From a bacterium (GTDB lineage Bacteria > Zixibacteria > MSB-5A5 > GN15 > FEB-12): 64,000 nucleotides of DNA. The notes below the pieces were generated by a model. The model had not been told where the DNA came from. It ran no database searches and saw only the letters and a program-made list of their open reading frames with translations. Location of the stretch: the NCBI GenBank assembly GCA_043811375.1, contig JBDRNJ010000019.1, positions 1 through 64,000 on the forward strand, written 5' to 3'. A program made the position numbers and the translations under genes. Within the stretch, counting starts at the first letter, position 1. The number at the start of each line of letters is the position of its first letter. Positions 27,329-37,799 of this stretch are shown here, one piece after another.

Positions 27329-29191
27329 ATGAATCACCCCTCACCCGACACAACTGTCCCCATAATCAGACCGCTGCCGATCGGCGTCATCAACAAGATC
27401 GCCGCCGGTGAAGTGGTCGAACGTCCGGCCTCAGTCGTCAAGGAACTGGTTGAAAACGCCATCGACTCCGGCGCCGGTCGCATCGATATCATTATCGAGA
27501 AATCCGGCACCAAGCTGATTAAGATCGTCGACAACGGCTTCGGCATCGACGAACAGCAGATCGAGATCGCCTTCTCCCGCCACGCCACCTCCAAGATATC
27601 CAGTTTCGATGATCTGAATCAGTTGCTGTCGTATGGTTTTCGTGGCGAAGCACTGCCGTCGATAGCATCGGTGTCACGCCTGCGCATGGTATCCCGGACG
27701 GCAACTGCTGCATCGGGCACGGAAATCATCTTTGAGGGTGGTGTCCTGCACTCCAAAGAGCCGGTGGCCGCCCCCCCGGGAACGGTGGTAGAGGTGGAGA
27801 ACCTGTTCTACAATACCCCCGCCCGGCGGAAGTTTCTCAAGACGGAAACGACCGAAGCTCGCCACATCTCGCGTCTGGCCACCGCCCTGGCTATCGGGCG
27901 CTGCGATATCGGCTTCTCACTGACCATGAACAACCGCAATCTGTTTGCTCTGACGGCCGGTACTTCACTGACGGAGCGGGTGTCGGAACTATTGGGCAAC
28001 AACGAGACGTTCCTGACGGTGTCCGGTTCGGCCGGTCCGGTAGCGGTCAGTGGGTGCGTTGCCGCCCCTGACCTGGCGCAGAACAACCGTTACGGTCAGT
28101 TTATTTTCGTCAACGGTCGCTTCATTCATTCACCGACCCTGTCTCATGCCCTGGCCGCCGGCTATGGTGAACTGCTGCCGCGCGGTCAATTCCCGGTGGG
28201 CGCTCTGTTGCTGACGGTCGACCCATCTGAAATCGATGTCAATGTCCATCCCGCCAAAACCGAAGTACGCCTGTCTCGTGATCGCGAGATTCACGACGCC
28301 ATCTGCCGGATAATTCAGCAAACCCTGCGAAATGCAGCAACAATCCCAACGTTTCAGACCGACAAGTCGGCACCATTGCCTCCACGGGCGGAAGCCGCCG
28401 CTCCGGACACTCCGGATCGGACGTGCCAATCATCCGGACTTATACCTGGTGTGCAGCCCCGCCAAGAGTTTAACCGCACGGCCTTTGAAGAACTTTGCCG
28501 GACTTCGACCGGTCGCACCGACAACGACGATCTGACTGCCCGTGTGGACAAAGAAACAGGGGAAGTGCTCGCTACCGACCAGGAACCGGCATCGAGATCG
28601 GCGCCAGCTGCCAACCTTCCGGAAGGTTTGCGCCTGGTCGGGTGCTTCGCCGAACTGTACCTGTTGGTGCAATGGGCCGACGATCTCTACATCATAGACC
28701 AGCACACCGCCCACGAACGAGTGTTGTACGAAGAGATGCTGCCGCTGGTTGAGCGGCAGGGCGTATCGGGGCAGAACCTGCTGTTTCCGGTCCAGGTTGA
28801 ACTGACCCCGGAGCAGTGGTCGATTTTCGAAGAAGCCGGCGATCTCCTGGACGGGTCCGGATTCACCGCCAACGCTTTCGGCGGACGCACGGTAAACATA
28901 GAGGCCATCCCTGCTATCCTTTCGAGAAAACCACCGGAAAAAACATTTCGGCAGATCATCGATGATCTCGCCTCTCTGAAAAAGGGAGGCCACGACCTGA
29001 AGAAAGCGATAGCCCAGTCGCTGGCCTGCCGGGCGGCGGTGATGGCCGGTGACCGTCTCAACGACGACGAAGCCGTTGTTCTGGTGTCGCGATTGATGGC
29101 CTGCCGGGACCGCTACAGTTGTCCTCACGGTCGCCCGACCTTTGTCAAGATCACCCGCCATGACCTTGACCGGCAGTTCAAACGTGCCTGA
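27329..29191 (+). CDS. mutL: DNA mismatch repair endonuclease MutL
   Basis: IAAGEVVERPASVVKELVEN, GFRGEAL; endonuclease motifs DQHTAHER, ACR, CPHGRP. Confidence 0.98.
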   Translation: MNHPSPDTTVPIIRPLPIGVINKIAAGEVVERPASVVKELVENAIDSGAGRIDIIIEKSGTKLIKIVDNGFGIDEQQIEIAFSRHATSKISSFDDLNQLLSYGFRGEALPSIASVSRLRMVSRTATAASGTEIIFEGGVLHSKEPVAAPPGTVVEVENLFYNTPARRKFLKTETTEARHISRLATALAIGRCDIGFSLTMNNRNLFALTAGTSLTERVSELLGNNETFLTVSGSAGPVAVSGCVAAPDLAQNNRYGQFIFVNGRFIHSPTLSHALAAGYGELLPRGQFPVGALLLTVDPSEIDVNVHPAKTEVRLSRDREIHDAICRIIQQTLRNAATIPTFQTDKSAPLPPRAEAAAPDTPDRTCQSSGLIPGVQPRQEFNRTAFEELCRTSTGRTDNDDLTARVDKETGEVLATDQEPASRSAPAANLPEGLRLVGCFAELYLLVQWADDLYIIDQHTAHERVLYEEMLPLVERQGVSGQNLLFPVQVELTPEQWSIFEEAGDLLDGSGFTANAFGGRTVNIEAIPAILSRKPPEKTFRQIIDDLASLKKGGHDLKKAIAQSLACRAAVMAGDRLNDDEAVVLVSRLMACRDRYSCPHGRPTFVKITRHDLDRQFKRA

Positions 29192-30101
29192 ACCGCAACC
29201 GATACCGATCATCTGCGGGCCGACGGCAACGGGCAAGACCTCTATAGCGGTGGAGTTGGCGGCCTCGTTCCCGCTGGAGATAGTCTCAGCCGATTCCCGC
29301 CAGATCATCCGCCGGCTTGATATCGGCACCGCCAAACCGGATTGCGACGAACGCCGCCGGATCGTATTCCATCTTATCGATCTGATCGAACCGGGTGAAC
29401 GCTACAGCGCCTTCCACTTCATGGAAGATGCCCGGCAGGCGATTGAGGAAATCCTCAGCCGTGGCCGCATACCGGTCGTAGTCGGCGGCACCGGTTTCTA
29501 CCTCCGGGCTCTGACCGAAGGCATATCTGAGATTGAACAGGATGACATGGCGGTGCGTCAACGATTGGAAGATGATATGCAGCAACACGGTCAAACAGCA
29601 CTGTATGAACGACTGGTGCAGATCGATCCGGTTGAGGCTGCCCGGCTGCATCCCAATAACCGGGTGCGGGTCATCCGGGCGCTGGAGGTTTACTATCTCA
29701 CCGGCAGGACCAGGACGGAATTGGCTGCCAAAAACAGCGGCCATAAAAACCGGTTTGATTACCGGTATTTCTGCCTCATGCCGGACCGGCAGCAATTGTA
29801 TCACGATATCGAGACACGCGTAGACCGGATGATGTCGGCCGGGCTGCTTCAGGAAATCACGGCCCTGGTTGATGAAGGGATGCACGACCAGCTTGAGAGA
29901 GCAGCCGTCATCGGCTACAGCGAATTGCTGGATCACATCGACGGTCACACATCGCTGGAGGAAGCTGTCAGCCGTATCAAACAGAATACCCGTCGTTATG
30001 CCAAGCGGCAAATGACGTGGTTCCGCAACCAGATTGAGGGCAGTTTTTGTAGTGATCGCGACAGTTTGAGCAGGAATGTGGCGGCGGCGCTGTCACAATA
30101 G
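29184..30101 (+). CDS. miaA: tRNA dimethylallyltransferase
   Basis: GPTATGKT, SADSRQ, DIGTAKP, VGGTGFY, TRRYAKRQMTWF; GTG start overlapping mutL stop. Confidence 0.95.
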   Translation: MPEPQPIPIICGPTATGKTSIAVELAASFPLEIVSADSRQIIRRLDIGTAKPDCDERRRIVFHLIDLIEPGERYSAFHFMEDARQAIEEILSRGRIPVVVGGTGFYLRALTEGISEIEQDDMAVRQRLEDDMQQHGQTALYERLVQIDPVEAARLHPNNRVRVIRALEVYYLTGRTRTELAAKNSGHKNRFDYRYFCLMPDRQQLYHDIETRVDRMMSAGLLQEITALVDEGMHDQLERAAVIGYSELLDHIDGHTSLEEAVSRIKQNTRRYAKRQMTWFRNQIEGSFCSDRDSLSRNVAAALSQ

Positions 30102-30255
30102 GAGAGAGGTAGCAAAAAAACTTGACAATTTGGTCATTATGCGATATTTGGCAACAAGTTAGACGCGAGTTCCGTACGTAAAGAACGTTGTTGGTAAAAC
30201 CGATAAAACTGCAGGAAGCAAGAAACGGACTCCTTTTTACCGGGTACAAAGAAGT

Positions 30256-32502
30256 ATGACAACAAGATCCTTGGCATCATTGACAGTTTTTGGGGTGATA
30301 ATGCTGGTTTCAGCCGTTTTGACCGGATGCGCCGGACGAGCCGGCATGGATGGTCCGGTTCTGTACGGTGAACGTGACATGGAGAAAGCCGTTGAAGACT
30401 CCGCAGCCGTCACCGGCAACGAGGTTTCCCCCGACCAATTATCGCAACCGTCGACCATACCGTCGGATAGCGGTACCTCGGCCGACCGTACGCAATCAGA
30501 AGCAGCCGACAGCAACTTTCAACAAACAACGAATACGGTCGACGAAACTGCTTTTTTCGGGGAATTCTCCTACTCAGCGGTAGATCCTGATGATTCGGCA
30601 ACGGCTGTGGATGACGACATCTGGCGACTGCTGGAACTGGCCGAGGAGTACCAGGCGATGGGTGCTATCGCCAACCGGGAAGCGGCCTGGGAAGAAGCCC
30701 AGTACTATTTTGAACAGGCGCTCAAAACTCTGGCAGCACTGGATATCGAAGTCGATTCGCTGCCCACTCCGGAAGCTGAGAAACACGCCGCTATCCTGGA
30801 CAATACTGTCGCCGAGTACCGGGTGGCGCTGCGATCACTGGGACACCTGTCAGAGGACGTTACTACATCGGTGATAGTGGAAAGGTTCGGCGATCTGATC
30901 AACAATCTCGAGCGCGACACCATGATCGTCTACAACCAGGAAGCTCCGGCTATCACTTACGACATCCCGATCGTGCTGAATGACCGGGTTAAGAAGTCGA
31001 TCATATACTTCCAAACGGTGGCGCGGGATGCTTTCAATAAGTATCTGCGCCGGTCGCGGAAATACACTCCCATGATGAAGCGGATGCTAACGGAACATGG
31101 CCTGCCGCTGGACCTGATTTATCTGTCACTGATCGAATCGGGTTACAACCCGCGCGCCTATTCGTGGGCTCGGGCCTCGGGACTGTGGCAGTTCATCAGT
31201 TCCACCGGCCGCATGTACGGTCTTAATCGTAATTGGTGGATGGACGAGCGCCGGGATCCGATCAAATCTACCGATGCCGCTTGCCGACACCTCAAGGACC
31301 TGTACAACGAGTTCGGCTGCTGGGAACTGGCTATGGCCGCCTATAACGGCGGCTCCGGTCGAGTTCGAAAAACCATCAAGCAGCAGAAAACAATCGATTT
31401 CTGGAAAATGTGGCTGAAGCGGCAGACGATGGACTACGTGCCGCTGATAATGGCCGCGACCGTTATCGCCAAAGATCCGGCTAAATATGGTTTTGATGAA
31501 ATCGAATTTGAACCGGAAATAGTCTGGGACGAGGTCGTTGTTGACCGCTGCCTGGACCTGTCGGTGGTGGCCAAAGCGGTCGACTGTTCACTGCAGGAAA
31601 TGAAAGATCTCAATCCGGAACTACTGCGCAAGTACACTCCGCCCAACGCCAAGAAGTACACGCTTAAGATTCCCCAGGGAACAAAAACGGAATTCCTGAA
31701 GGCTTATCCCTCGATGCCCTCACCCAAAGAGACCAGCTGGGTAAGGCATAAGATCAAGAAAGGCGAAACGGTCAGCACTCTCGCGTCCCGGTATGGTGTT
31801 TCTCAATTCGCCATCTTCGAGGCCAACAATCTGAGCCGTCGCTCCCGGATATATGCCGGTAAGACGCTCATTGTTCCGGTGCCGCTGGATCGTGAATACC
31901 AGGCGGCAACCAACCAGGAAAAAGGTGACTACAAAGCCAGGAACTCGATCTACACGGTGCGGTCCGGGGACACCATGTGGGATATCGCCCGGGCTTTCGG
32001 AACATCCGTCAGCGCCCTGCGCCGAATCAACTATATCGAGCGCGGTTCGCGCATCTATGTCGGTCAGAAACTGAAACTCCCCTCCAGCGCTACGCGGCTG
32101 GCAAATAAAAATGTGCCTGACTCCAAGTCATCCGGCTCTACGGCCAGTGTCGACAAGTCATCGAACAAATCCGGAAGTGAGACGAGTCGGACCGGCAAGG
32201 GAACTTACAAAGTCCGCCAGGGTGATACACTTTGGGATATCGCCCGGCGTTTCGGTACTACCACCGCCGGTATTCGCCGTCTCAACGGTCTGGGTCGGTC
32301 CAGCCGTATCTACCCCGGGCAGATCCTGGCTGTCAGCGCCAGTAACGATCTCGAATACGTTGTTCATAAGGTACAGCGAGGCGAGACACTGGCGCGTATT
32401 GCCCGCAAGTACCGAACGAGTATGACCAGGATTATGGCCAACAACGATATCTCCGATCCGGACCTGCTGAGGGTCGGCGAAAAACTCAAAATCTACCAAT
32501 AG
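30256..32502 (+). CDS. Lipoprotein lytic murein transglycosylase (MltD-like) with four LysM domains
   Basis: Lipobox LTGC; SLT 'IESGYNPRAYS..ASGLWQF', 'AAYNGG'; four LysM repeats. Confidence 0.9.
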   Translation: MTTRSLASLTVFGVIMLVSAVLTGCAGRAGMDGPVLYGERDMEKAVEDSAAVTGNEVSPDQLSQPSTIPSDSGTSADRTQSEAADSNFQQTTNTVDETAFFGEFSYSAVDPDDSATAVDDDIWRLLELAEEYQAMGAIANREAAWEEAQYYFEQALKTLAALDIEVDSLPTPEAEKHAAILDNTVAEYRVALRSLGHLSEDVTTSVIVERFGDLINNLERDTMIVYNQEAPAITYDIPIVLNDRVKKSIIYFQTVARDAFNKYLRRSRKYTPMMKRMLTEHGLPLDLIYLSLIESGYNPRAYSWARASGLWQFISSTGRMYGLNRNWWMDERRDPIKSTDAACRHLKDLYNEFGCWELAMAAYNGGSGRVRKTIKQQKTIDFWKMWLKRQTMDYVPLIMAATVIAKDPAKYGFDEIEFEPEIVWDEVVVDRCLDLSVVAKAVDCSLQEMKDLNPELLRKYTPPNAKKYTLKIPQGTKTEFLKAYPSMPSPKETSWVRHKIKKGETVSTLASRYGVSQFAIFEANNLSRRSRIYAGKTLIVPVPLDREYQAATNQEKGDYKARNSIYTVRSGDTMWDIARAFGTSVSALRRINYIERGSRIYVGQKLKLPSSATRLANKNVPDSKSSGSTASVDKSSNKSGSETSRTGKGTYKVRQGDTLWDIARRFGTTTAGIRRLNGLGRSSRIYPGQILAVSASNDLEYVVHKVQRGETLARIARKYRTSMTRIMANNDISDPDLLRVGEKLKIYQ

Positions 32503-32515
32503 TAACGGAGAATCT

Positions 32516-33418
32516 GTGGCCAGGAAAAGGGATGTTGTTGTCGGGGTTATAATTGCCCTGGTATTCCTGTTTGCTCTGGGCTTCATGGGGCTGATGTTTA
32601 TCGGCCTGCTGACGCCGGAGACTGATATCGGTTTTGCCGGACTGGGCGGTAATATTGGTGTCGTGGAGATGTTTGGGCCTATGACCGAAGAATCCGGGCG
32701 CCCCGTCATCCAACAGCTTGATCGCTGGGCGGACAGTCGGTCGATTAAGGCTATTGTCGTTCATATTAATAGTGGCGGCGGCGAAGTCGCCATAAGTCAG
32801 GAAATCCACACTGCCATCCGTCGGGCTTCGGAACAAAAACCGGTTGTGGCCGCCATGGCCGCCGTGAGTGCCTCGGGCGGTTACTACATTGCCTGTGCCG
32901 GCGATCGTATCATAGCCAATCCGGGCACTATCACCGGCTCAATTGGCGTCAGAATGGGGTTTATGACGTTCCGGGGACTGATGGAAAAACTTGGCGTCGA
33001 ATCCGAAACGATTAAATCCGGTGAGTTCAAGGATGTCTGCAGTTTCAGTCGCTCTATGACCAAAAAAGAGGAATTGATGCTGCAATCAGTGGTCATGGAT
33101 GCCTATGAGCAGTTTGTCCAGGCGGTCTCAGAAGGACGCGGTATGGACAAGGAGGAAGTCTACCCGCTGGCCAATGGGTCCATTTTCACGGGGTTGCAAG
33201 CCTGGAATCTCGGACTGGTTGACACTTTGGGTGGATTGCAGGAGGCTGCCGAATTAGCTGCCGAACTGGCCGGAATCGAAGGCGAACCGCAGATAGTCAG
33301 ACCGTACAAGAAAAAGAAACTGACTCCCTTTGATTTGTTGGGCCGATTTTTTGAAAACGTCTCATCGACGGTGACCGATGATGTTTGTGGTCCCAAGCTG
33401 CTTTATCTCTACCGGTAG
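32516..33418 (+). CDS. sppA: Signal peptide peptidase SppA (36K type)
   Basis: INSGGG, SASGGYYIA, TGSIGV, KSGEFKD. Confidence 0.92.
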   Translation: MARKRDVVVGVIIALVFLFALGFMGLMFIGLLTPETDIGFAGLGGNIGVVEMFGPMTEESGRPVIQQLDRWADSRSIKAIVVHINSGGGEVAISQEIHTAIRRASEQKPVVAAMAAVSASGGYYIACAGDRIIANPGTITGSIGVRMGFMTFRGLMEKLGVESETIKSGEFKDVCSFSRSMTKKEELMLQSVVMDAYEQFVQAVSEGRGMDKEEVYPLANGSIFTGLQAWNLGLVDTLGGLQEAAELAAELAGIEGEPQIVRPYKKKKLTPFDLLGRFFENVSSTVTDDVCGPKLLYLYR

Positions 33419-33615
33419 TTTTTTTTTAGATTTTGTCCGAAAAACTGTAGACAAGTCGTATTTTTTGCTTTTTCTTAGCCAGCGAGTTTTGTATCTTTTC
33501 CTGCCCCAAAGGGTTAACGAGCATGGTCGATGGCGACCGGCCCTTAGGTGCAGTAACGGAGTTTGAAGAAAAGTGAGAAGTTTGATAGACACTCGTATTG
33601 TCCAGGGAGGATGTT

Positions 33616-33900
33616 TTGACGAAGGCTGATTTGGTCGAGAGAGTGGCCGAGAAAACCGGCCTTACCAGAACCGACGTGGCGGTCGTAGTGGACTCACTAC
33701 TTGATGTGATCAAGAAGTCTCTCGAGAGTGGGCACAACATCGAAGTCAGAGGGTTTGGCACCTTCAAAGTCAAATTGCGTAAAGCGCGCAAGGCACGCAA
33801 CCCGCGCACCGGTGAAGTGGTTCCGGTGCCCGACAGAAAGGTCCCGGTCTTCAAACCGTCCAACGAATTTAAGAACATGATCACCAAGCTGTCAATCTGA
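33616..33900 (+). CDS. HU/IHF family DNA-binding protein
   Basis: MTKADLV..., GFGTF, RNPRTGE, FKPS; TTG start after GGAGG. Confidence 0.93.
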   Translation: MTKADLVERVAEKTGLTRTDVAVVVDSLLDVIKKSLESGHNIEVRGFGTFKVKLRKARKARNPRTGEVVPVPDRKVPVFKPSNEFKNMITKLSI

Positions 33901-33929
33901 GTGATCGCAGCTACTGTTACGGAGGATTG

Positions 33930-34025
33930 ATGCCGAGCGGGAAAAAGCGCAAACGATTAAAAATCAAAACCCATAAGGCCAAGAAACGTCGACGCGCCAA
34001 TCGACATAAGAAGAAGAAGGTTTAG
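33930..34025 (+). CDS. 31-aa basic protein, bS22/mS38 (AURKAIP1/COX24-domain) small ribosomal protein family
   Basis: Hand translation MPSGKKRKRLKIKTHKAKKRRRANRHKKKKV; GGAGG RBS; matches the MPSGKKRKR..THK.KKR.R.NRHKKK pattern. Confidence 0.85.
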   Translation: MPSGKKRKRLKIKTHKAKKRRRANRHKKKKV

Positions 34026-34076
34026 TCGCTGATTGTCTGCAGCAACTGCAGACGACAACCAATCTCTTTTTAATGG

Positions 34077-34110
34077 TCGCTGCCATACCGTCCGGTGTGG
34101 CAGCGATTTC
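34077..34110. terminator. Terminator-like hairpin between convergent genes
   Basis: TCGCTGCCATACC-gtcc-GGTGTGGCAGCGA-TTT; second hairpin GTCTGCAG-caa-CTGCAGAC at 34035-34053. Confidence 0.6.
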
Positions 34111-34153
34111 AATCTGTGGTAAACGACCGATTCGTTGTCCCCCGGGAATCGAC

Positions 34154-35602
34154 TTATCCTGTAGAAGATCGGTCCGACCGGTTTTGATCACCGACCGTGG
34201 TCCGGCTGCTGTTCCAGGCGGCGTTGAGCCCAAACAGCAGCGCCAGGATATAACCGCCCTGTCCCCATGTCCAGGCTCGCATATAGAGCATCGTCAGAAA
34301 ACAGACGAACATGGCCATGAAGAGTGCTGCCGAAACCTGGCTGTCGACCGAACTCGATCGAGTCTTAAACGCCCGCCAGCCGGTTCGCAACCCTTTGACA
34401 AACAGTGCTACCAGAGCCGCCGTTCCCAATAGTCCGGTTTCTGCCAGGTAATGCAGCAAAACATTGTGAGCCGACATCCCTTTCACCAAGTACCACAATG
34501 GCTCCAGCCTGATTTCCGGTACTACCTGGTGGACCAGGCGCATATTGCCTATCCCTATTCCCGTTACCGGATTGGCCAGGAAAGCCTTGAAGGCAGCCAG
34601 CCACAGCACCAGCCTTCTGGCCACGGTGCCCTGGGGTTCATTGATGGAGGCTATCAGTTCTTCAATACGGCCGAGGGTGTTGACGAATAAAGATTCTTCC
34701 ATAATCAGTAATCCCCCGGCCAGAAGTAATACCGGAGCCAGAACCTGTTTGACCACCCGAGTAATCCGGACAGTACCCTCACGAGACGATTTGCGGTAGG
34801 CAACCACCAGCAGCACCGGCACGGCAATTACCACCGCCACAAAAGGAGCGCGTGACTGGGTGGCGAAGATTCCCAGTCCGCAGGCAATGCTCATCAGACC
34901 ATAGGCGGTGCGGGCCAATCTCGATTCCGACCAGACTAAAAACGCCAGCGCCATCGGTAAGGCCGTCATGGCAAAGTACTGAAGAGCCAGGCCGGTGATA
35001 CCGAAGAAACGAACCTGTCCCCCCAGCAGCGCGAACTGCACAAAGGCCACTATCGACAGAAGCGATGCCTGCACCAGGTAAAACAGCAATAGCCGACGAA
35101 CACCAATCTTCAGGCCGTAGAGGAAAGCCAGCCTGAAGGCCAGGTAGACGCAGATAATTCGTAGTGATGGGATTACTGAAAGCCTGATGTCGTAAGCGAA
35201 CAGGGCCGACACCAGTGTCGCCAGAATAAGCAGGGCAAAAACAAGATCATAGCCGGAAGCACGGACCAGGGTCCGACCACGCAGTAGAAAATCCAGAACG
35301 GTTGCCCCCAGTGTCAGGGCAAAGACCACGTCAAAAGGATGGATCCAAAACAGGCTGAGACGGTACGGTAAAAAAACGGAGATCGAAGCCAAAAAGACAA
35401 GGTAGGCAATCGTCGGCGACACCAACAGCATCACCGCCGCCAGAGCACCCAGATAACAAGCCACCAACGGCAGCCCCCAGTCAAACGTCAACAGCAGGAT
35501 CGGAGACAACAACGCCAGCACCCCCAGGGCCGGAACCGCACCTGACAATTGCCGGTCGGCGATCAGGGTACTGTTATCACTCTGATAACCGGATACGTTC
35601 AT
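34154..35602 (-). CDS. O-antigen ligase (Wzy_C) family membrane protein
   Basis: Many TMs; 'TQSRA', 'R..LW..A..AF..NPVTGIG.GN', 'AHNVLLHYLAETGLLG'. Confidence 0.85.
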   Translation of the reverse strand: MNVSGYQSDNSTLIADRQLSGAVPALGVLALLSPILLLTFDWGLPLVACYLGALAAVMLLVSPTIAYLVFLASISVFLPYRLSLFWIHPFDVVFALTLGATVLDFLLRGRTLVRASGYDLVFALLILATLVSALFAYDIRLSVIPSLRIICVYLAFRLAFLYGLKIGVRRLLLFYLVQASLLSIVAFVQFALLGGQVRFFGITGLALQYFAMTALPMALAFLVWSESRLARTAYGLMSIACGLGIFATQSRAPFVAVVIAVPVLLVVAYRKSSREGTVRITRVVKQVLAPVLLLAGGLLIMEESLFVNTLGRIEELIASINEPQGTVARRLVLWLAAFKAFLANPVTGIGIGNMRLVHQVVPEIRLEPLWYLVKGMSAHNVLLHYLAETGLLGTAALVALFVKGLRTGWRAFKTRSSSVDSQVSAALFMAMFVCFLTMLYMRAWTWGQGGYILALLFGLNAAWNSSRTTVGDQNRSDRSSTG

Positions 35603-35724
35603 CTCAGTCGATCTTCATAATGTAATCCGTCCATAAACGACGGTTGTAACATCCGGTCAGGCTCCGCTGTCTTGTTCGTGATGACGTCCTGAGGTTTTCT
35701 AAAAAGGTGATGATTACAGCCCGC

Positions 35725-35816
35725 GCAGGGTGGGGCTTGTCTCCCACCAATAAAAGTGGCGATGCCACTGACTTGTCACTGGCGATGCCGACGGCGGACA
35801 TAAAGCCCGCCGCTAC
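35725..35816. repeat. REP-like palindrome cluster
   Basis: GGTGGG-gcttgtct-CCCACC; GTGGC-gat-GCCAC; GGCGG-acataaagc-CCGCC-GCTAC. Confidence 0.45.
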
Positions 35817-35932
35817 GCGATTTAGAGTAGTAGTGGCCTGCCACCCCGCTGTCACGCGGAGTTGGCGAATCGCTTTTTTAAATGATATGGAACCTGACAT
35901 GACCTGAAATGACCTTTTGGGACAACCTCTCC

Positions 35933-36361
35933 TCAGGTGCTGTCGGACTGCGGTCGACCGACCTCGAACCGTTTGACCAGCCAGAGATCGTGCCGGTAGA
36001 CAAAAGTAAACACCACCGGCCGATCGGATTCACCGGTGCCGTCCATAATATAGCAATCCACGCGCGCTCTATCGCTGGTGTAGGCAATATCACAATTACC
36101 GAATCGATCAAAAGCAAACGTACCTTGCGGACCATAAACAAATCGCAACAACGAATCCGAATTCTGCCTGTAATCGAACACCTCCGGCGACAGCAGGGAA
36201 TCGATAGCAGCTCGGTTCTGGGTCTTGACCGCTTCCTGTAAACGGTACACCTGGTGTTTCAAAAGAGGTATGTGGTCGCGCGAGGGCAATTCCTCACCGC
36301 ACCCGCTGAGGAGTTGTATTGTCATCGTCAACACTGTCAATGCCGGTAAAAGATGCTTCAT
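35933..36361 (-). CDS. Hypothetical lipoprotein (possibly NTF2-like)
   Basis: Lipobox LSGC; translationally coupled to upstream gene. Confidence 0.7.
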   Translation of the reverse strand: MKHLLPALTVLTMTIQLLSGCGEELPSRDHIPLLKHQVYRLQEAVKTQNRAAIDSLLSPEVFDYRQNSDSLLRFVYGPQGTFAFDRFGNCDIAYTSDRARVDCYIMDGTGESDRPVVFTFVYRHDLWLVKRFEVGRPQSDST

Positions 36362-36362
36362 T

Positions 36363-37799
36363 TCAGCCTGAATCCTTCACACCTTCCAGCTTGAACTGCC
36401 CGTTGCCGCGGCGTGCGAGAACTCCTTTGTCGACCAGTACCTTGAGAGTGCGGGTGGCCACCAGGTTCCAGAACCAGTAGCGTTCACCTAACGACAGCAT
36501 CTCGTGACCGTATTTAACAGCTATATCGCGCATTCGGAAGTAGTTGTCGACCAGCAGCGAATCTGTTCCGACACTGAGCGTTTGCAGCATCGGTCGCGCC
36601 AGGGTGGTATCAAACATAAAGTTTTCCGGGTTGTATTTCGGCTGGTGACGCCAATACACACGATGTCCCAGCCTGGCTTTCAGAATGAAATTTTCGCCGC
36701 AATTCATAGTCGGTATCTCATCACCGAAGTATATCTGGTAGGCCTGGCCTGCTGGAAAGAACGCATAGAACTGGGTACCGTTGAACACGTCGCCGCCGCG
36801 TACCAGGTACATGTAGCTGGGGATATGAGCGTTGCAGGGGTCGGTACCGTGATATATCTCCAGCGAAGCCGAGCGGGTGATGAAATTGCGACCCAGTTCA
36901 AACCACAGTAACAGGGCCGAAACTACCGGATACGGGCGATGCAGCACACCCCCGGCATCCAGAAAGGCGTTGCTGTCGGCATTTATTGCTTCGGCGGCAA
37001 TCAGACTGTCCAGTACCCGGCGGTACTGCCCCATATTGATCTCGATCAGGACGGCCAGCGAGTCCGCTACTGCCATAGCCAGCTCCCGGCCCTCCTCGGC
37101 CTCCGCCACCGTTATGACGGGGAAAGCCACGACCGGTGCACCATCCTCATCCCGCAGATATCCCTTTTCGGTCATCAGTCTGATCATTTCCTGCACGTAA
37201 TCGATCTCGGTCATGGCCATCTCAGCTATCTCCTCGGGAGACTTGCCCTCACTGAGCAACAGCGGCAGCAGGCGAGCGAACTCGTTGTCAAAATCCGGGT
37301 GCTTTTCTACCATTGGCGGCATGGTTGACTTTTCGTCAACATAAGCAGCCAGCGCCGGTGGAACATGAAAATGGACCGTAAACGGCTGCTCGAAGAACTT
37401 CTGGTAGGGCAGCAGCAGATCAAGCGTATCCGCCACATCCCATAGAGACACTGTCACGGTCGCCTCACCGAAGTTGCCGGGCACATATACGGTGGGGCGA
37501 ACCGCCGTTGTCGCCCGGGGTTCGATGATGTAGTGTGATTTGGTGCGGCGATCCGGCAGCAGATATGATCCGCTGCATTGAACCTCGACTTGAGCCGTGA
37601 TGAATTTTACCTCATCGGAGTGATTGGTGACATCAAAAGCAGTCGGCCGCCAACCCCACTTGATCGAAGTCAGGTCAATCTCACCGACCGTCAAATCGGG
37701 ACTTACCGGCGGTGATAGTTCCTGAGCAGACAAACCACCGGTCAGAACCAGCCAACATGAAAGTGCAAGGGCTGTCTTAACTGCGAGCATTCTCGGCAC
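36363..37799 (-). CDS. Exported hypothetical protein
   Basis: Signal peptide ending LSA-QE; 478-aa ORF overlapping the end of rlmN. Confidence 0.75.
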   Translation of the reverse strand: MPRMLAVKTALALSCWLVLTGGLSAQELSPPVSPDLTVGEIDLTSIKWGWRPTAFDVTNHSDEVKFITAQVEVQCSGSYLLPDRRTKSHYIIEPRATTAVRPTVYVPGNFGEATVTVSLWDVADTLDLLLPYQKFFEQPFTVHFHVPPALAAYVDEKSTMPPMVEKHPDFDNEFARLLPLLLSEGKSPEEIAEMAMTEIDYVQEMIRLMTEKGYLRDEDGAPVVAFPVITVAEAEEGRELAMAVADSLAVLIEINMGQYRRVLDSLIAAEAINADSNAFLDAGGVLHRPYPVVSALLLWFELGRNFITRSASLEIYHGTDPCNAHIPSYMYLVRGGDVFNGTQFYAFFPAGQAYQIYFGDEIPTMNCGENFILKARLGHRVYWRHQPKYNPENFMFDTTLARPMLQTLSVGTDSLLVDNYFRMRDIAVKYGHEMLSLGERYWFWNLVATRTLKVLVDKGVLARRGNGQFKLEGVKDSG

